The notes under the pieces are model-generated. The model was not told the DNA's origin, searched no databases, and saw only the letters and a list, made by a program, of their open reading frames with translations. A program made the translations under genes and the position numbers. From assembly GCA_963662625.1 (NCBI GenBank), contig OY759726.1, positions 1,312,001 to 1,376,000 of the forward strand: 64,000 bases of DNA, written 5' to 3'. The stretch is from Nitrosopumilus sp. GTDB lineage: Archaea; Thermoproteota; Nitrososphaeria; Nitrososphaerales; Nitrosopumilaceae. Below are positions 48,476 to 59,511 of the stretch, one piece after another. Numbering within the stretch: the stretch's first letter is position 1; every line of letters begins with the position of its first letter.

Positions 48476-51400
48476 ATGTGGATCGTGCGCCTAATTCCTA
48501 GACTGGCTCTAGGCCCATCTCTTTTCGCCGTAGCCGTGATAGCGGTGGTGCTGGTCGCGTCGCCCGTGGTGCTGGGATCCGACGTGGGATACGCCGACAA
48601 CGGTGACGCGGGATCCGCTAGCTCGCTGTCGCTCATGTCCACGTTCCAGATCAAGGGCATCGACATAGTCGACGCGGCCAAAACCGACTCAACCTTCGGC
48701 ATCTCGGCGGCAAGCCTCGGCGACCTCGACGGCGACGGCACGGCGGACATCGCCGTTGGCGCGCCCGGAAACAGTGGTTGCGGCTGCACGGGGACGGTGT
48801 ACGTAATCTTCCTCAACCCCGACGGCACCGCAAAGCGCTCCGCCACGATCGACGGCACGACTCCAGGCGGCCCGCTGCTGGTCGTCGGCGACCAGTTCGG
48901 CGCCTCCGTGGCGGGTATTGGCGACCTCGACGGCGACGGCGCGCCGGACATCGCCGTCGGCGCGCCGGGGCATGTCCTCTCAAGCTCTGCAAAGGGAGAA
49001 CTCTACGTAATCTTCCTCAACCCCGACGGCACCGCAAAGGGCACCGCCACGATCGACGGCACGACTCCAGGCGGCCCGTTGCTGGGCGCAAACGACAGGT
49101 TCGGGCAGTCCGTCGCCAACGTCGGTGACCTCGACGGCGACGGCGCGCCGGACATCGCCGTCGGCGCGCCGGGCCCAGCACTTGGAAGTGCCCTCCCCGG
49201 AGACCTGTACGTGATATTCCTCAACCCCAACGGAACGGTAAAGCACACCGCCGTGATCAATGGGGATGTTCCCAACGGCCCGTCGGTGGTAGGCGGCGAC
49301 CAGTTCGGAGCCTCCGTGGCGGGTATTGGCGACCTCGACGGCGACGGCGCGCCGGACGTCGCCGTCGGCGCGCCGGGGCACCACATCGTGGGCTCCGCAA
49401 CGGGAGACCTCTACGTAATCTTCCTTGATGCTGACGGCACGATCAAGCGCACCGCCGAGATCAACGGCACCGTCCCCAATGGCCCGTCGCTGGACGCAAA
49501 CGACAGGTTCGGGCAGTCCGTCGCCAACGTCGGCGACCTCGACGGCGACGGCACGGCGGACATCGCCGTCGGCGCGCCGGGGAACTTCGGTTCGGTTATC
49601 ACGGGCAGCATACACGTCATGCTAATGAGCCCAGACGGCACCGTAAAGCGCACCGCCGTGATCAACGAGGACACCACCAACGGCCCCGTATTGGAGCGCG
49701 CTGACCGCTTCGGCTCGTCGATCGCAAACGTCGGCGACCTGGACGGCGACGGCACGGTGGACATCGTGGCAGGCACGTACGGGGACGATACCATGCATGT
49801 AATCTTCCTCAACCCCGGCGGCACCGCAAAGCGCACTACTGAGATCGTCGGCAGAGACGCTGTGCACCAGTCGTACGTGAACCACTTCTTCGGGTGGTCC
49901 GTCGCCAACGTCGGCGACCTGGACGGCGACGGCACTGCCGACGTGGCAGTCGGAGCCCCGGGCCAAGGACCCGAGAACGTCTTCATGGGTGATCTCTACA
50001 TCATGTTCATGAACACAGATGGCACCGCAAAGCGCACCACCGTGATCAATGGGGATGTCCCCAACGGCCCCGTATTGGAGCGCGCTGACCGCTTCGGCTC
50101 ATCCGTGGCGGGCCTCGGCGACCTGGACGGTGACGGCGTGGCGGACATTGCAGTCGGCGCGACCGGGCACCTGGCGGGCGTCATAACCGGCGATGTCCAC
50201 GTCATCTTCCTCAACCCCGACGGCACCGCAAAGCGCTCCGCCGTGATCAACGACGGGACATCCAACGTGCCGACCATGGCAAAGGGCGACCGCTTCGGCT
50301 CGTCGATCGCAAACGTCGGCGACCTGGACGGCGACGGCACCACTGATATCGCCGTCGGCGCGCCCGGGCCCGTCATCGGGAATCCCCGCACCGGCGGCGT
50401 CCATGTGATATTCCTCAACCCCGATGGGACGGTAAAGCGCTCCGCCACGATCGACGAGACGGTTCCCAACGGCCCGTCGCTAGCGGTAGCCGACGGCTTC
50501 GGGACATCGGTAGCCAACGTCGGCGACCTGGACGGCGACGGCACCACTGATATCGCCGTCGGCGCGCCCGGGCCCGTCATCGGGAATCCCCGCACCGGCG
50601 GCGTCCATGTGATATTCCTCAACCCCGATGGGACGGTAAAGCGCTCCGCCACGATCGACGAGACGGTTCCCAACGGCCCGGCCCTGACCGCCGGTGACTA
50701 TTTCGGCATATCGGTCTCAGGACTTGGAGACCTAGACGGTAACGGCACGGCGGACATGGCCGTCGGCGCGACCGGGCTCCTAGGGGACGTTGCCACCGGC
50801 GATGTGCACGTCATCTCCCTCAACCCCGACGGGACGGTAATGCGCACCACCGTGGTTAACGGCGGAACACCCAACGGCCCGGTACTGGCCGGAGGCGAGC
50901 GCTTCGGCGCGTCCGTCTCGAACCTCGGCGACCTCGACGGCGACGGCAACGTCGACCTCGCGGTGGGTGCGCTCACCTCGTCCTCGGTCTACGTAATGTA
51001 CACCTCCACCTTCCGGGCAGACTTCGTCACCACTTGGGAGACAAAGCTCCCCGGCGAGTACATCAGGATCCCGGTGGACGGCGCCACGGGCACCTACACG
51101 GTCGACTGGGGCGACGGCACATCCACGGTGCACAGAGGCGACGCCGCGCACGCATACGACACGCCAGGCACGTACCGGGTCAGCATATCGGGCGACTTTA
51201 CCAGGATCTACATGGGAGGAGATCCCGACAATGCGGCCAAACTGGTCTCGATCGATCAGTGGGGCACCGCCAAGTGGACCACGATGGAGTCCGCGTTCAG
51301 GAAAGCGTCTAACATGGTGTATAACGCAACGGATGCCCCAGACCTCTCAAGCGTCACCGACACGTCAAGCATGTTCGCGTTTGTCTCATCCTTCAACCAG

Positions 51401-52411
51401 TCCCTCAACTCCTGGGATGTCTCAAGCGTCACCGACATGTCCTACATGTTCCACTTTGCCTCCTCCTTCGACCAGAACCTCGGTGACTGGTACGTGGTGC
51501 CTGCCGACACCCGGGTGAACAGCGGTAACACCGTGGTCACCACTATCGCGGCGCAAAACGGCTACCTTGACGGGCAGAGCCCCGCGTACAGCGTGGCTCC
51601 GGGAGGCGACGGGGACATGTTCGAGATGTGCGGCAGCGTCCTCAGATCCATGTCCCCCGCGTACTCCAAGCCCTCATACAACATCACCGTAGTGTCCGCC
51701 GGCGGCTTTTCGTCGCCCAACTCAAGGGACATGACCGTCACCGTGGACGGCGACGCCGGCGGCGGCACCACGATCCGGGGAACTGTTTTCGCCGATTCCG
51801 ACGGTGACGGCGTCCAGGACGCGGGAGAAGCTGGAATTCCGGGGTATGCAATGTACGCCATAGGCATGACAAACCCGCAGGTCCTGTTGGAGGCAGTCAC
51901 GTGTTCTGACGGTACGTACGCGTTCGAGGGACTTACCCCGTCCGAGACGACGCTGGTGCAGGCCACATACTTCCCGTTTGACACCACCATCACTACCGGG
52001 CAGTTCTATGCGTACGTGCAGCCTGCCATGGGCACGTCGGTGACGTTTGACGTAGGGTTCCGCCCGGTACAACCGTCGGAGACCGTGACGCTCGACGTCA
52101 CCGCGTACGCCGACTTTAACGCAAACGGCAAGATCGACGCGGATGAGCCGGCCATACCGGGCGTGACAGTCACGGTATACACGTACACCACCAACGAGAT
52201 GGACTCCGTGACCACCGGCCAGGATGGCACTGCAAGCAAGGCCGATATCGCCCCGGCTGACTTTCTGGCGCAGGTGGTGGTGCCACAGGGATACGCCGCG
52301 GCGACGTCTCCCGTGGATCCGTCATCAGGCATCGCGGGAGCGCTCACCGTGACCAGCCCCTCGCCGGGCTCTACCGTCCAGATGCTGATCGGCCTGGTGC
52401 CTGGCACGTAG
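48476..52411 (+). CDS. Secreted repeat protein paralog: 12 FG-GAP repeats, PKD, 2 DUF285 repeats, cadherin-like domain, 2 SdrD-B-like domains
   Basis: Same architecture and closely similar C-terminal half as 13283-20293. Confidence 0.9.
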   Translation: MWIVRLIPRLALGPSLFAVAVIAVVLVASPVVLGSDVGYADNGDAGSASSLSLMSTFQIKGIDIVDAAKTDSTFGISAASLGDLDGDGTADIAVGAPGNSGCGCTGTVYVIFLNPDGTAKRSATIDGTTPGGPLLVVGDQFGASVAGIGDLDGDGAPDIAVGAPGHVLSSSAKGELYVIFLNPDGTAKGTATIDGTTPGGPLLGANDRFGQSVANVGDLDGDGAPDIAVGAPGPALGSALPGDLYVIFLNPNGTVKHTAVINGDVPNGPSVVGGDQFGASVAGIGDLDGDGAPDVAVGAPGHHIVGSATGDLYVIFLDADGTIKRTAEINGTVPNGPSLDANDRFGQSVANVGDLDGDGTADIAVGAPGNFGSVITGSIHVMLMSPDGTVKRTAVINEDTTNGPVLERADRFGSSIANVGDLDGDGTVDIVAGTYGDDTMHVIFLNPGGTAKRTTEIVGRDAVHQSYVNHFFGWSVANVGDLDGDGTADVAVGAPGQGPENVFMGDLYIMFMNTDGTAKRTTVINGDVPNGPVLERADRFGSSVAGLGDLDGDGVADIAVGATGHLAGVITGDVHVIFLNPDGTAKRSAVINDGTSNVPTMAKGDRFGSSIANVGDLDGDGTTDIAVGAPGPVIGNPRTGGVHVIFLNPDGTVKRSATIDETVPNGPSLAVADGFGTSVANVGDLDGDGTTDIAVGAPGPVIGNPRTGGVHVIFLNPDGTVKRSATIDETVPNGPALTAGDYFGISVSGLGDLDGNGTADMAVGATGLLGDVATGDVHVISLNPDGTVMRTTVVNGGTPNGPVLAGGERFGASVSNLGDLDGDGNVDLAVGALTSSSVYVMYTSTFRADFVTTWETKLPGEYIRIPVDGATGTYTVDWGDGTSTVHRGDAAHAYDTPGTYRVSISGDFTRIYMGGDPDNAAKLVSIDQWGTAKWTTMESAFRKASNMVYNATDAPDLSSVTDTSSMFAFVSSFNQSLNSWDVSSVTDMSYMFHFASSFDQNLGDWYVVPADTRVNSGNTVVTTIAAQNGYLDGQSPAYSVAPGGDGDMFEMCGSVLRSMSPAYSKPSYNITVVSAGGFSSPNSRDMTVTVDGDAGGGTTIRGTVFADSDGDGVQDAGEAGIPGYAMYAIGMTNPQVLLEAVTCSDGTYAFEGLTPSETTLVQATYFPFDTTITTGQFYAYVQPAMGTSVTFDVGFRPVQPSETVTLDVTAYADFNANGKIDADEPAIPGVTVTVYTYTTNEMDSVTTGQDGTASKADIAPADFLAQVVVPQGYAAATSPVDPSSGIAGALTVTSPSPGSTVQMLIGLVPGT
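50312..50680 (+). repeat. About 165-bp identical duplication (204-bp period) of an FG-GAP blade
   Basis: [37 protein letters not shown] encoded twice by identical DNA at 50312 and 50516. Confidence 0.88.
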
Positions 52412-52424
52412 GCCCGGCGTGTAG

Positions 52425-53454
52425 TATATGTAAAGTCGATCCGCTAGTCATCCGTCTCCGCCTCCATCCATCCCGGGTTGCTCTCCTGATCGCTTCCACG
52501 GCCTCCTTGTCATGGAAGGCCTTCAGCGGGGTCTGGTAGTTGTCTATGTCCAGCGACCAGTGAAGCCTGCCCTCGTTGTAGTACGCCATGTACTCGGACA
52601 TGCTCCCGCGGTGCAATGTCCCGTCCTCCACGCTCCGGAAGAACCTCCCGGTCTTCCCGTTGGTCTGGGGGTGCTGCGGCCTGGAGTTCATGGGCCCGGC
52701 GCCCCGGTCCAGCAGCTCCGCCCCGGACGCGGTGGGCTTCCACGACCGGGGAGGGGCCTTCCTGCGGCCGTTCCGGCCCACGAGGCACGAGCCGTTGCCG
52801 GGGAGCACGGTAGCCGGCGTGCCGAACCGCCCGATCGCGCCCCTGGGCGCCGGCACGGCGTTCCCCGGCATGGCCTGCGCGAGCACGCGCGCGGCCACCG
52901 CGCACCGCGAGGCGCCGCCCGGGTACGCGGCCAGCCGGGGCCCCCTGAACCGGGGATCCCTCGTCCCGTGCCAGCCCGCGTGCCACGTGGCATCCGGGCA
53001 TTTGCGTCCGTGGCGCACCCGCTTGCGCCTCCCCGGTTTTGCGGCAGACGCGGCCACCGCCCCGGCCTTCTTCAATATCCGGCATGCGGAGCAGTAGCTC
53101 ACGTCATGGTCCCTCATGAGGCGCCTCGCAGTGCGCGCCACGCCTGCAGGGCGCCTCCCGTGGACGCCGGTGACCAGCCGTATCATGGCGGCGGTCATGC
53201 AGGCGCGCGGCCTGCCCGTTCCCGCCGCCGCCGTTCCGGTCCCCGGGAACCCCACCCACGGCCCCCGCACGTGCCTGGCGGTGATTCCCAGATCCCGCGC
53301 CACTTGGGATGACGGCATGCCCTTCTTTCGATGCCTGATCAGGTACTTCCGGGACCCCCCAGCAAGTCTCCCTGTCATGACTTTCCGTGATCGGTACAGC
53401 CTAAAATGGCCGGCTACCGCCCTCTTGATCCGGCGCGGACCGACTTTCCGTACA
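52425..53454 (-). mobile_element. IS481-family element with inactivated transposase (about 53378-52444)
   Basis: Imperfect 20-bp TIRs (16/20), about 1 kb; HTH plus integrase core HPQTNGK, YYNEGRLHWSL; catalytic acidic residues replaced by Gly. Confidence 0.82.
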
Positions 53455-53900
53455 ATTGAGGGGCCATCGGGAAGCACGGGAAGCCCGCTGCCGTCATGAC
53501 CGACCACGGCTCCCAGCCCTGCACCAACGAGGAGGCCCAGGAGAGGGGCGTGAACATGTCCGGGAGGGAACTCGCGGGGCTGGGGATACGCCAGGTTCTG
53601 GCCGGCGTCGGGCACCCCCAGGCCAACGGCAAGCTGGAGAGGCCCCGCGGGGAGATCCAGCGCAAGCTGCGAGTCCGGGGAGATGGTGGTGGGGAAGAGC
53701 CAGCCCGACCGGCCTGTTCATGGAGTGGCACGGCAACCAGCGGCCCCACATGTCGCTGGATTGGGAGGGGCAGGAGACACCCGCGCAGGCGTTCGCGAGG
53801 AAGATGCCCTAGCAGGGAGATCGTCACAGACAGGCAGACGGGGGAGGAATATAATGCAACATGGGGGGGGGGCGCGAACTACTTTCTGGATCCCATAACA
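53455..53900 (+). pseudogene. 3' fragment of a second IS481-family transposase
   Basis: AIGKHGKPAAVMTDHGSQ, HPQANGKLER, frameshifted NQRPHMSL..ETPAQAF; ends in ACA at 53900. Confidence 0.75.
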
Positions 53901-53994
53901 TAATTTTCATATACTGCAATTCCTGATGATGGTGTAACGTTGCACCTTATACGTAGTTTCAAATACGGGTGGGGGGGGGGGTCGTACATAGGAC

Positions 53995-56900
53995 ATGCGC
54001 CCTATTCTGCTTAGTGTGCTTGTCGTAGCATGTGTGGCAGCCGTCGGCAGCTTCGGCGCGGCACATGGGCAGGCCGACACCACCACGTTTATAACCAAGT
54101 GGAAGACGACCGCGGCCAACGAGTCCGTGACCCTCCCGATTACGGTAGCCAGCGGCAGCTACACGGTGGACTGGGGCGACGGCACCGCCGACACCACCGG
54201 GAGTGCGGCGAACCCCACACACACGTACGCCACGACAGGAACCCACACCGTCACGGTCAGTGGTAACCTTTCCAGAATCCACCTGGGGGGAGACTCGTCC
54301 AACGCGGCCAAACTGGTCTCCATAGACCAGTGGGGCGACTCCCGCTGGACCACGATGGCGTCGGCATTCCGGGGCGCCGCCAACATGGCATACAACGCGA
54401 CGGATGCCCCAGACCTGTCCGGCGTAACAGATATGAGCCGCATGTTTAAAAGCGCGTTCCACGTCCAACCCCACTCCCACGACCTGTCGGGCTGGGACGT
54501 CTCAAACGTAACCAACATGTCCTCCATGTTCGAGCACACAAACGCCTTTAATGCTGACATCTCCTCCTGGGACGTGTCATCCGTGACTAACATGTCTAAT
54601 ATGTTCCACCTCACCTCCTCCTTCGACCAGCCCCTCAACTCATGGGACACCTCAAGCGTCACCAGCATGCGCAGCATGTTCTCCGGCGCCTCCTCCTTCG
54701 ACCAGCCCCTCTCCTCCTGGGACGTCTCGTCGGTGACGGACATGTCCGCCATGTTCTTCAGCTCCGATTTCAACCAGCAGATCGACTCCTGGGACGTCTC
54801 GTCGGTGACGAACATGTACCGCATGTTCCATGACTCCGATTTCAACCAGCAGATCGACTCCTGGGACACCTCGAGTGTCATCCACATGTCCTATATGTTC
54901 GCCCGGGCCTCCTTCGACCAGCCCCTCAACTCATGGGACACCTCAAGCGTCACCAACATGCGCAGCATGTTCCACGACGCCTCCTCCTTCGACCAGCCCC
55001 TCAACTCATGGGACACCTCAAGCGTCACCAGCATGCGCAGCATGTTCTCCGGCGCCTCCTCCTTCGACCAGCCCCTCTCCTCCTGGGACGTCTCGTCGGT
55101 GACGGACATGTCCTCCATGTTCTCCGGCATCTCCTCCTTCGACCAGCCCCTCAACTCATGGGACACCTCAAGCGTCACCAACATGCGCAGCATGTTCTCC
55201 GGCGCCTCCTCCTTCGACCAGCCCCTCTCCTCCTGGGACGTCTCGTCGGTGACGGACATGTCCTCCATGTTCTCCGGCGCCTCCTCCTTCGACCAGCCCC
55301 TCAACTCATGGGACGTCTCGTCGGTGATGTACATGTCCTCCATGTTCTCCGGCGCCTCCTCCTTCGACCAGAACCTGGGGGAGTGGTATATAGTACCGGC
55401 AGACACGGAGGTCAAGGAAAGCAGCACCGCAGTCACCACTGTCGCCGCCAAGGCCCCCTACCTCAACGACCAGCCCCTGTCTTATAAGGTGACGCAGAGC
55501 GGCGACGGAACCCAGTTTACCATGCACGGCTCCAATCTCAAGTCCGTCCAGGCATCCTATGCCAAGGACTCGTACGACATCACCATCACCACCCAGGACT
55601 CGCTCGGCATGCAGGCGATCCACTCCAAGTCCGTGACCATCAGCGTGGTGCGGATCGAACCGCGTGCGGCAGTCACCGGGCCAAACGAAATCACCGTGGT
55701 CTTCTCCGAGGCTGTAACCGCAAAACAGGGCGACTTTACCGGCCTGGAGCTGGATCCGGTGGGATCCAGGGACATCACCGGGATTGTCGGCTCCGGCACC
55801 AACACCATAACACTGGACTTTTCCGGCACGCCGGTGCCGACAGACGCGTCGGGAACCATTGACGTCGGCAGTGGCATCAGGTACCTTAACCAGTCCGCGC
55901 TCCGGGCGCATCCCGACCTGCCGGTGTCAGACGGCCAGCCTCCGACCCTTGGGGTGTCCATAACGTCGTCGGGGCCACAACCACACATCGCCAGGGCCGG
56001 CGACACCATAACCCTTTCGTTTACATCGTCCGAGGCAATCGGCATACAGGGCGTGACCATTAACGGGAGCGAGGCGGATCCGGCCAACACCGCAGGCTAC
56101 TCTTGGAGGGCGATCAAGGTCGTGGGCCCCGAAGACGACATCGGGGCGGTACAGTTCTTGATCGACGTGGCAGACGGCGCAGGAAACACTGCCCGGGTAG
56201 GTGCCACCACCGACGGCACGTACGTGGTCATCGCGGGCGCGGACTCGTTCATAACCACTTGGGAGACCAACGTGCCGGGCCAGCACGTGACCATCCCAGT
56301 GTCGGACGCCACCGGCAGCTATACCGTGGACTGGGGCGATGGCAGCTCCACCGCGGAGTCGGGCGACGCAGTGCACGCGTACGCCGCAGCCGGCACCTAC
56401 ACGATCCAGGCGCTGGGCGACTTTACAAGGATATATCTTGGCGGCGATCGGGACAACGCGGTGAGGCTGGCCTCCATAGACCAGTGGGGAACTGTTCAAT
56501 GGGGCACCATGGCGTACGCGTTCGCGGGCGCGGCCAACGCGGAATACGGCGCGCCCGACACCCCCGACCTGTCAGTGGTCACCGACGCCAGGCACATGTT
56601 CCGCGGCGCGTCGTCGCTGGACGGTGACGTCTCCGGCTGGGACGTCTCGGGCATCGACAACATGAACTCCATGTTCCGCGATGCGTCGTCGTTCAACGCC
56701 GACGTCTCCGGCTGGGACGTCTCGAGCGTCACCAACATGAACGCCATGTTCTCGGGAGCCTCCAGTTTCAACGCCGACATCTCCGGCTGGGATGTCTCCA
56801 AGGCGGCCTACATGGCAGACATGCTGTCGAGCGCCTCGTCGTTTGACCGGAACCTGGGGGAATGGTACATAGTGCTCGCGGACTCCTCCGTGGACCGGAA

Positions 56901-58389
56901 CCAGACGGAGGTCACGCCCATCTCGGCCAAGGCCCCCTACCTGGACTCCCTGCAGCTTGAATACGCAGTGGAGCAGGAGGGTGACGGGGTGCAGTTCACC
57001 GCAAGCGGCCGCACACTCCAGTCAAAGTCGACCGACTATTCCAAGGACTCGTACGACATCACCATCACCGTCCCGGACGTGCTCGGGCTGGGCGCCTCAC
57101 ACTCCAAGGATGCCACCATCACCGTGACGGGCGCCGCGCAACCGCCCGACCCAGACCCGGCCCCTGACCTCCTGTCCGCCTCGGTAACGGGGCCCAACGC
57201 CTTCACCGTGGCCTTCACCGAGCCAGTCACCGTGGCACCGGGCGACTTTGCAAACCTGGTTCTGTCCCCCGGGGGCGCCAGGGACGTTACCGGGGTCTCG
57301 GGCTCGGGCACGGCAGCCGTCACGGTCTCCTTTGGCGGCGCCGCCGCATCCACCGCGGCCACCGGGACGGTCGACGTCGGCACCGGCATCGCGGACATCA
57401 CGGGCAACGCGTTTGCGGGGGCGGCAGGCACCCCACTGTCAGACGGCCAGGCGCCGGAACTCCTGTCCGGCGCGGTCACGTGGCCCGACGAGATCGAGGT
57501 GCAGTTCTCAGAGCCCGTCACAGCGGAGCCGGGAGACTTTACGAACCTAGTCCTGTCGCCGGGGGGCCCGCGACAGGTAACCGGCGTGTCGGGCCCGGGG
57601 CCGGGCGTCATCGCGGCGTCGTTCGCGGGAGGGGCAGCCTCCGTGGACGCCACCGGGACGGTCGACATCGGCACCGGCATTGCGGATCTCGCGGGCAACG
57701 CGTTTGCGGGGAGTGTCGGGACGGAGCTGGCAGACGGCCAGACGCCGTTCGTCCAGGGGACCGTATTCTTGGATGCCGACGGCGACGGCGTGCAGGACGC
57801 GGGGGAGCTGGGAATGCCGGGGTACACCATGTATGCCATCGACCTTGCGGACCCGAACACGTTCTTCAGGGCCACCACGGCGGCCGACGGCTCGTACAAG
57901 TTCGACCGGTTTGGCAAGTCCCAGGTGGTGACGCTGGTCCAGACGTGGTACTTCCCGTTCGACCACACCATCACCACGGGGCCGTTCTACGCGTACCTGG
58001 AGCCCGACCTAAGCAAGACCCACACGTTTAACGTCGGGTTCCGCGAGGTGCTGCCGTCCGAGATGGTCACCCTCAACATCACGGCGTTCCGCGACCTCGA
58101 CTCGGACGGGATATGGGACACCGGGGAGCCCGAGTTTCCCGGGGTGATTGTCCACACCTACACGTACACCACTGCGGAGCTGGAGGCAGTGGTGGCCGGC
58201 CCTGACGGCACCGTGGCCAAGACCGACCTGGTTCCGGCCGACTGGCTTGCCCGGGTGATACCATCCGACGGCTACGTGGTGACCGCCCCTGAGGGGGCCG
58301 CCACCGGCGTCGTCGGATCGTTCCTTGTGGACGATCCGGCCCCCGGCTCCACGTATTCCATGGTGGCGGGCCTGGCCCCGGACACATGA
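53995..58389 (+). CDS. Secreted DUF285/BspA-like repeat protein: two PKD-DUF285 modules (13 and 4 repeats), Ig-like repeats, 2 SdrD-B-like domains
   Basis: Signal peptide; [30 protein letters not shown]; VTGPN..V.F.E.V repeats; [11 protein letters not shown]. Confidence 0.9.
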   Translation: MRPILLSVLVVACVAAVGSFGAAHGQADTTTFITKWKTTAANESVTLPITVASGSYTVDWGDGTADTTGSAANPTHTYATTGTHTVTVSGNLSRIHLGGDSSNAAKLVSIDQWGDSRWTTMASAFRGAANMAYNATDAPDLSGVTDMSRMFKSAFHVQPHSHDLSGWDVSNVTNMSSMFEHTNAFNADISSWDVSSVTNMSNMFHLTSSFDQPLNSWDTSSVTSMRSMFSGASSFDQPLSSWDVSSVTDMSAMFFSSDFNQQIDSWDVSSVTNMYRMFHDSDFNQQIDSWDTSSVIHMSYMFARASFDQPLNSWDTSSVTNMRSMFHDASSFDQPLNSWDTSSVTSMRSMFSGASSFDQPLSSWDVSSVTDMSSMFSGISSFDQPLNSWDTSSVTNMRSMFSGASSFDQPLSSWDVSSVTDMSSMFSGASSFDQPLNSWDVSSVMYMSSMFSGASSFDQNLGEWYIVPADTEVKESSTAVTTVAAKAPYLNDQPLSYKVTQSGDGTQFTMHGSNLKSVQASYAKDSYDITITTQDSLGMQAIHSKSVTISVVRIEPRAAVTGPNEITVVFSEAVTAKQGDFTGLELDPVGSRDITGIVGSGTNTITLDFSGTPVPTDASGTIDVGSGIRYLNQSALRAHPDLPVSDGQPPTLGVSITSSGPQPHIARAGDTITLSFTSSEAIGIQGVTINGSEADPANTAGYSWRAIKVVGPEDDIGAVQFLIDVADGAGNTARVGATTDGTYVVIAGADSFITTWETNVPGQHVTIPVSDATGSYTVDWGDGSSTAESGDAVHAYAAAGTYTIQALGDFTRIYLGGDRDNAVRLASIDQWGTVQWGTMAYAFAGAANAEYGAPDTPDLSVVTDARHMFRGASSLDGDVSGWDVSGIDNMNSMFRDASSFNADVSGWDVSSVTNMNAMFSGASSFNADISGWDVSKAAYMADMLSSASSFDRNLGEWYIVLADSSVDRNQTEVTPISAKAPYLDSLQLEYAVEQEGDGVQFTASGRTLQSKSTDYSKDSYDITITVPDVLGLGASHSKDATITVTGAAQPPDPDPAPDLLSASVTGPNAFTVAFTEPVTVAPGDFANLVLSPGGARDVTGVSGSGTAAVTVSFGGAAASTAATGTVDVGTGIADITGNAFAGAAGTPLSDGQAPELLSGAVTWPDEIEVQFSEPVTAEPGDFTNLVLSPGGPRQVTGVSGPGPGVIAASFAGGAASVDATGTVDIGTGIADLAGNAFAGSVGTELADGQTPFVQGTVFLDADGDGVQDAGELGMPGYTMYAIDLADPNTFFRATTAADGSYKFDRFGKSQVVTLVQTWYFPFDHTITTGPFYAYLEPDLSKTHTFNVGFREVLPSEMVTLNITAFRDLDSDGIWDTGEPEFPGVIVHTYTYTTAELEAVVAGPDGTVAKTDLVPADWLARVIPSDGYVVTAPEGAATGVVGSFLVDDPAPGSTYSMVAGLAPDT

Positions 58390-58472
58390 TCGCAGCCCCG
58401 TTGCCCATGGAGACCGATCCCGGGCATGCGTAGCGGCAGGAGGCCGACGCCCAGGGCCCGCGCCGGGGTAGG

Positions 58473-59486
58473 CTAGAGGTTGGCGATGATCTCCCTCGTA
58501 AACCCAGTCGTGGTGCTGTCCCCCCCGATGTCCCTGGTCCTGACGCCTGACCTTACCAGGTCGAATATGGTGGACTCTAGCCTCAGCCCGGCCCTGGTGC
58601 ACTCGGGGTCGGAGTGCTTGGCGCCAAGCCAGTCCGCCATCATCTTTATGGACAGCAGGAACGACGACGGGTTTGCGGCGTCCTTTCCGGCGATGTCGAA
58701 CGCGGCCCCGTGGACCGGCTCGAACAGCGCAAAGTCGTCGCCGATGTTTGCGGCGGGCGCCATCCCCAGCCCCCCAGCCACCTGGGACGACTCGTCGGAC
58801 AGTATGTCCCCGAACAGGTTGGTGGTGACTATGACGTCGAACTTCTCGGGCTGCCTGATGAGGTTCATCGCGCACGCGTCCACGTACATCTGCTCGAAGG
58901 CGACCCCTGGGTACTCCCCGGACACCGCGGCGCACGCCCCCGCGAACAGCCCGTCGGTAACGCGCATCACGTTTGACTTGTGGACGCACGTCACCTTCCT
59001 CATGGTGCCGCGCCTTTCCGCTGCCTCGAACGCGTACCTCGCGATCCTGCGCGAGGCGGCCTCCGAGATCACCCGCAGCGCCACGGCGGAGTCGCCAAGC
59101 GAGAACTCATTCCCCGCGTAAAGGTCCTCGGTGTTCTCCCTCACGATCACCATGTCGATGTCGTCGCGCAGCGACGGCATGCGCGGGTACGACTTCGCGG
59201 GACGGACGTTCGCGTAAAGGTCGAGCTTCCGCCTCAGCACCACGATCACGTCAGCCGCCGACTCGCCCACGGGGGCCTTGAGGCACGCGTCTGACCGCCT
59301 TACGGACTCCAGCGTCCCGTCGGGAAGCGCCGTGCCCGTCCTCTCCAGCGCGGCGTCCCCGGCCTCCAGCTCGGTCACGTCGAACCTTACCCCGAGCTTG
59401 TCGTGGATCGCGCCAAGCACGGAAACCGCGGACTCGGACAGCTCCGGCCCGATCCCGTCGCCGGTTATGAGCGAGATTCTGTACAT
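58473..59486 (-). CDS. leuB: 3-isopropylmalate dehydrogenase (archaeal type)
   Basis: GDGIGPE, VRENTEDLY, HKSNV, NLFGDILSD, FEPVHGAAFDIAG. Confidence 0.88.
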   Translation of the reverse strand: MYRISLITGDGIGPELSESAVSVLGAIHDKLGVRFDVTELEAGDAALERTGTALPDGTLESVRRSDACLKAPVGESAADVIVVLRRKLDLYANVRPAKSYPRMPSLRDDIDMVIVRENTEDLYAGNEFSLGDSAVALRVISEAASRRIARYAFEAAERRGTMRKVTCVHKSNVMRVTDGLFAGACAAVSGEYPGVAFEQMYVDACAMNLIRQPEKFDVIVTTNLFGDILSDESSQVAGGLGMAPAANIGDDFALFEPVHGAAFDIAGKDAANPSSFLLSIKMMADWLGAKHSDPECTRAGLRLESTIFDLVRSGVRTRDIGGDSTTTGFTREIIANL

Positions 59487-59511
59487 GCCGCCATGCCGCC
59501 GCGTCCGGACT

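Noticed and set aside
13283-58389. Diversity-generating retroelement acting on the surface proteins
   Set aside because: No RT gene in the window and no TR/VR pair differing only at adenines was seen. Variation is cassette-like.
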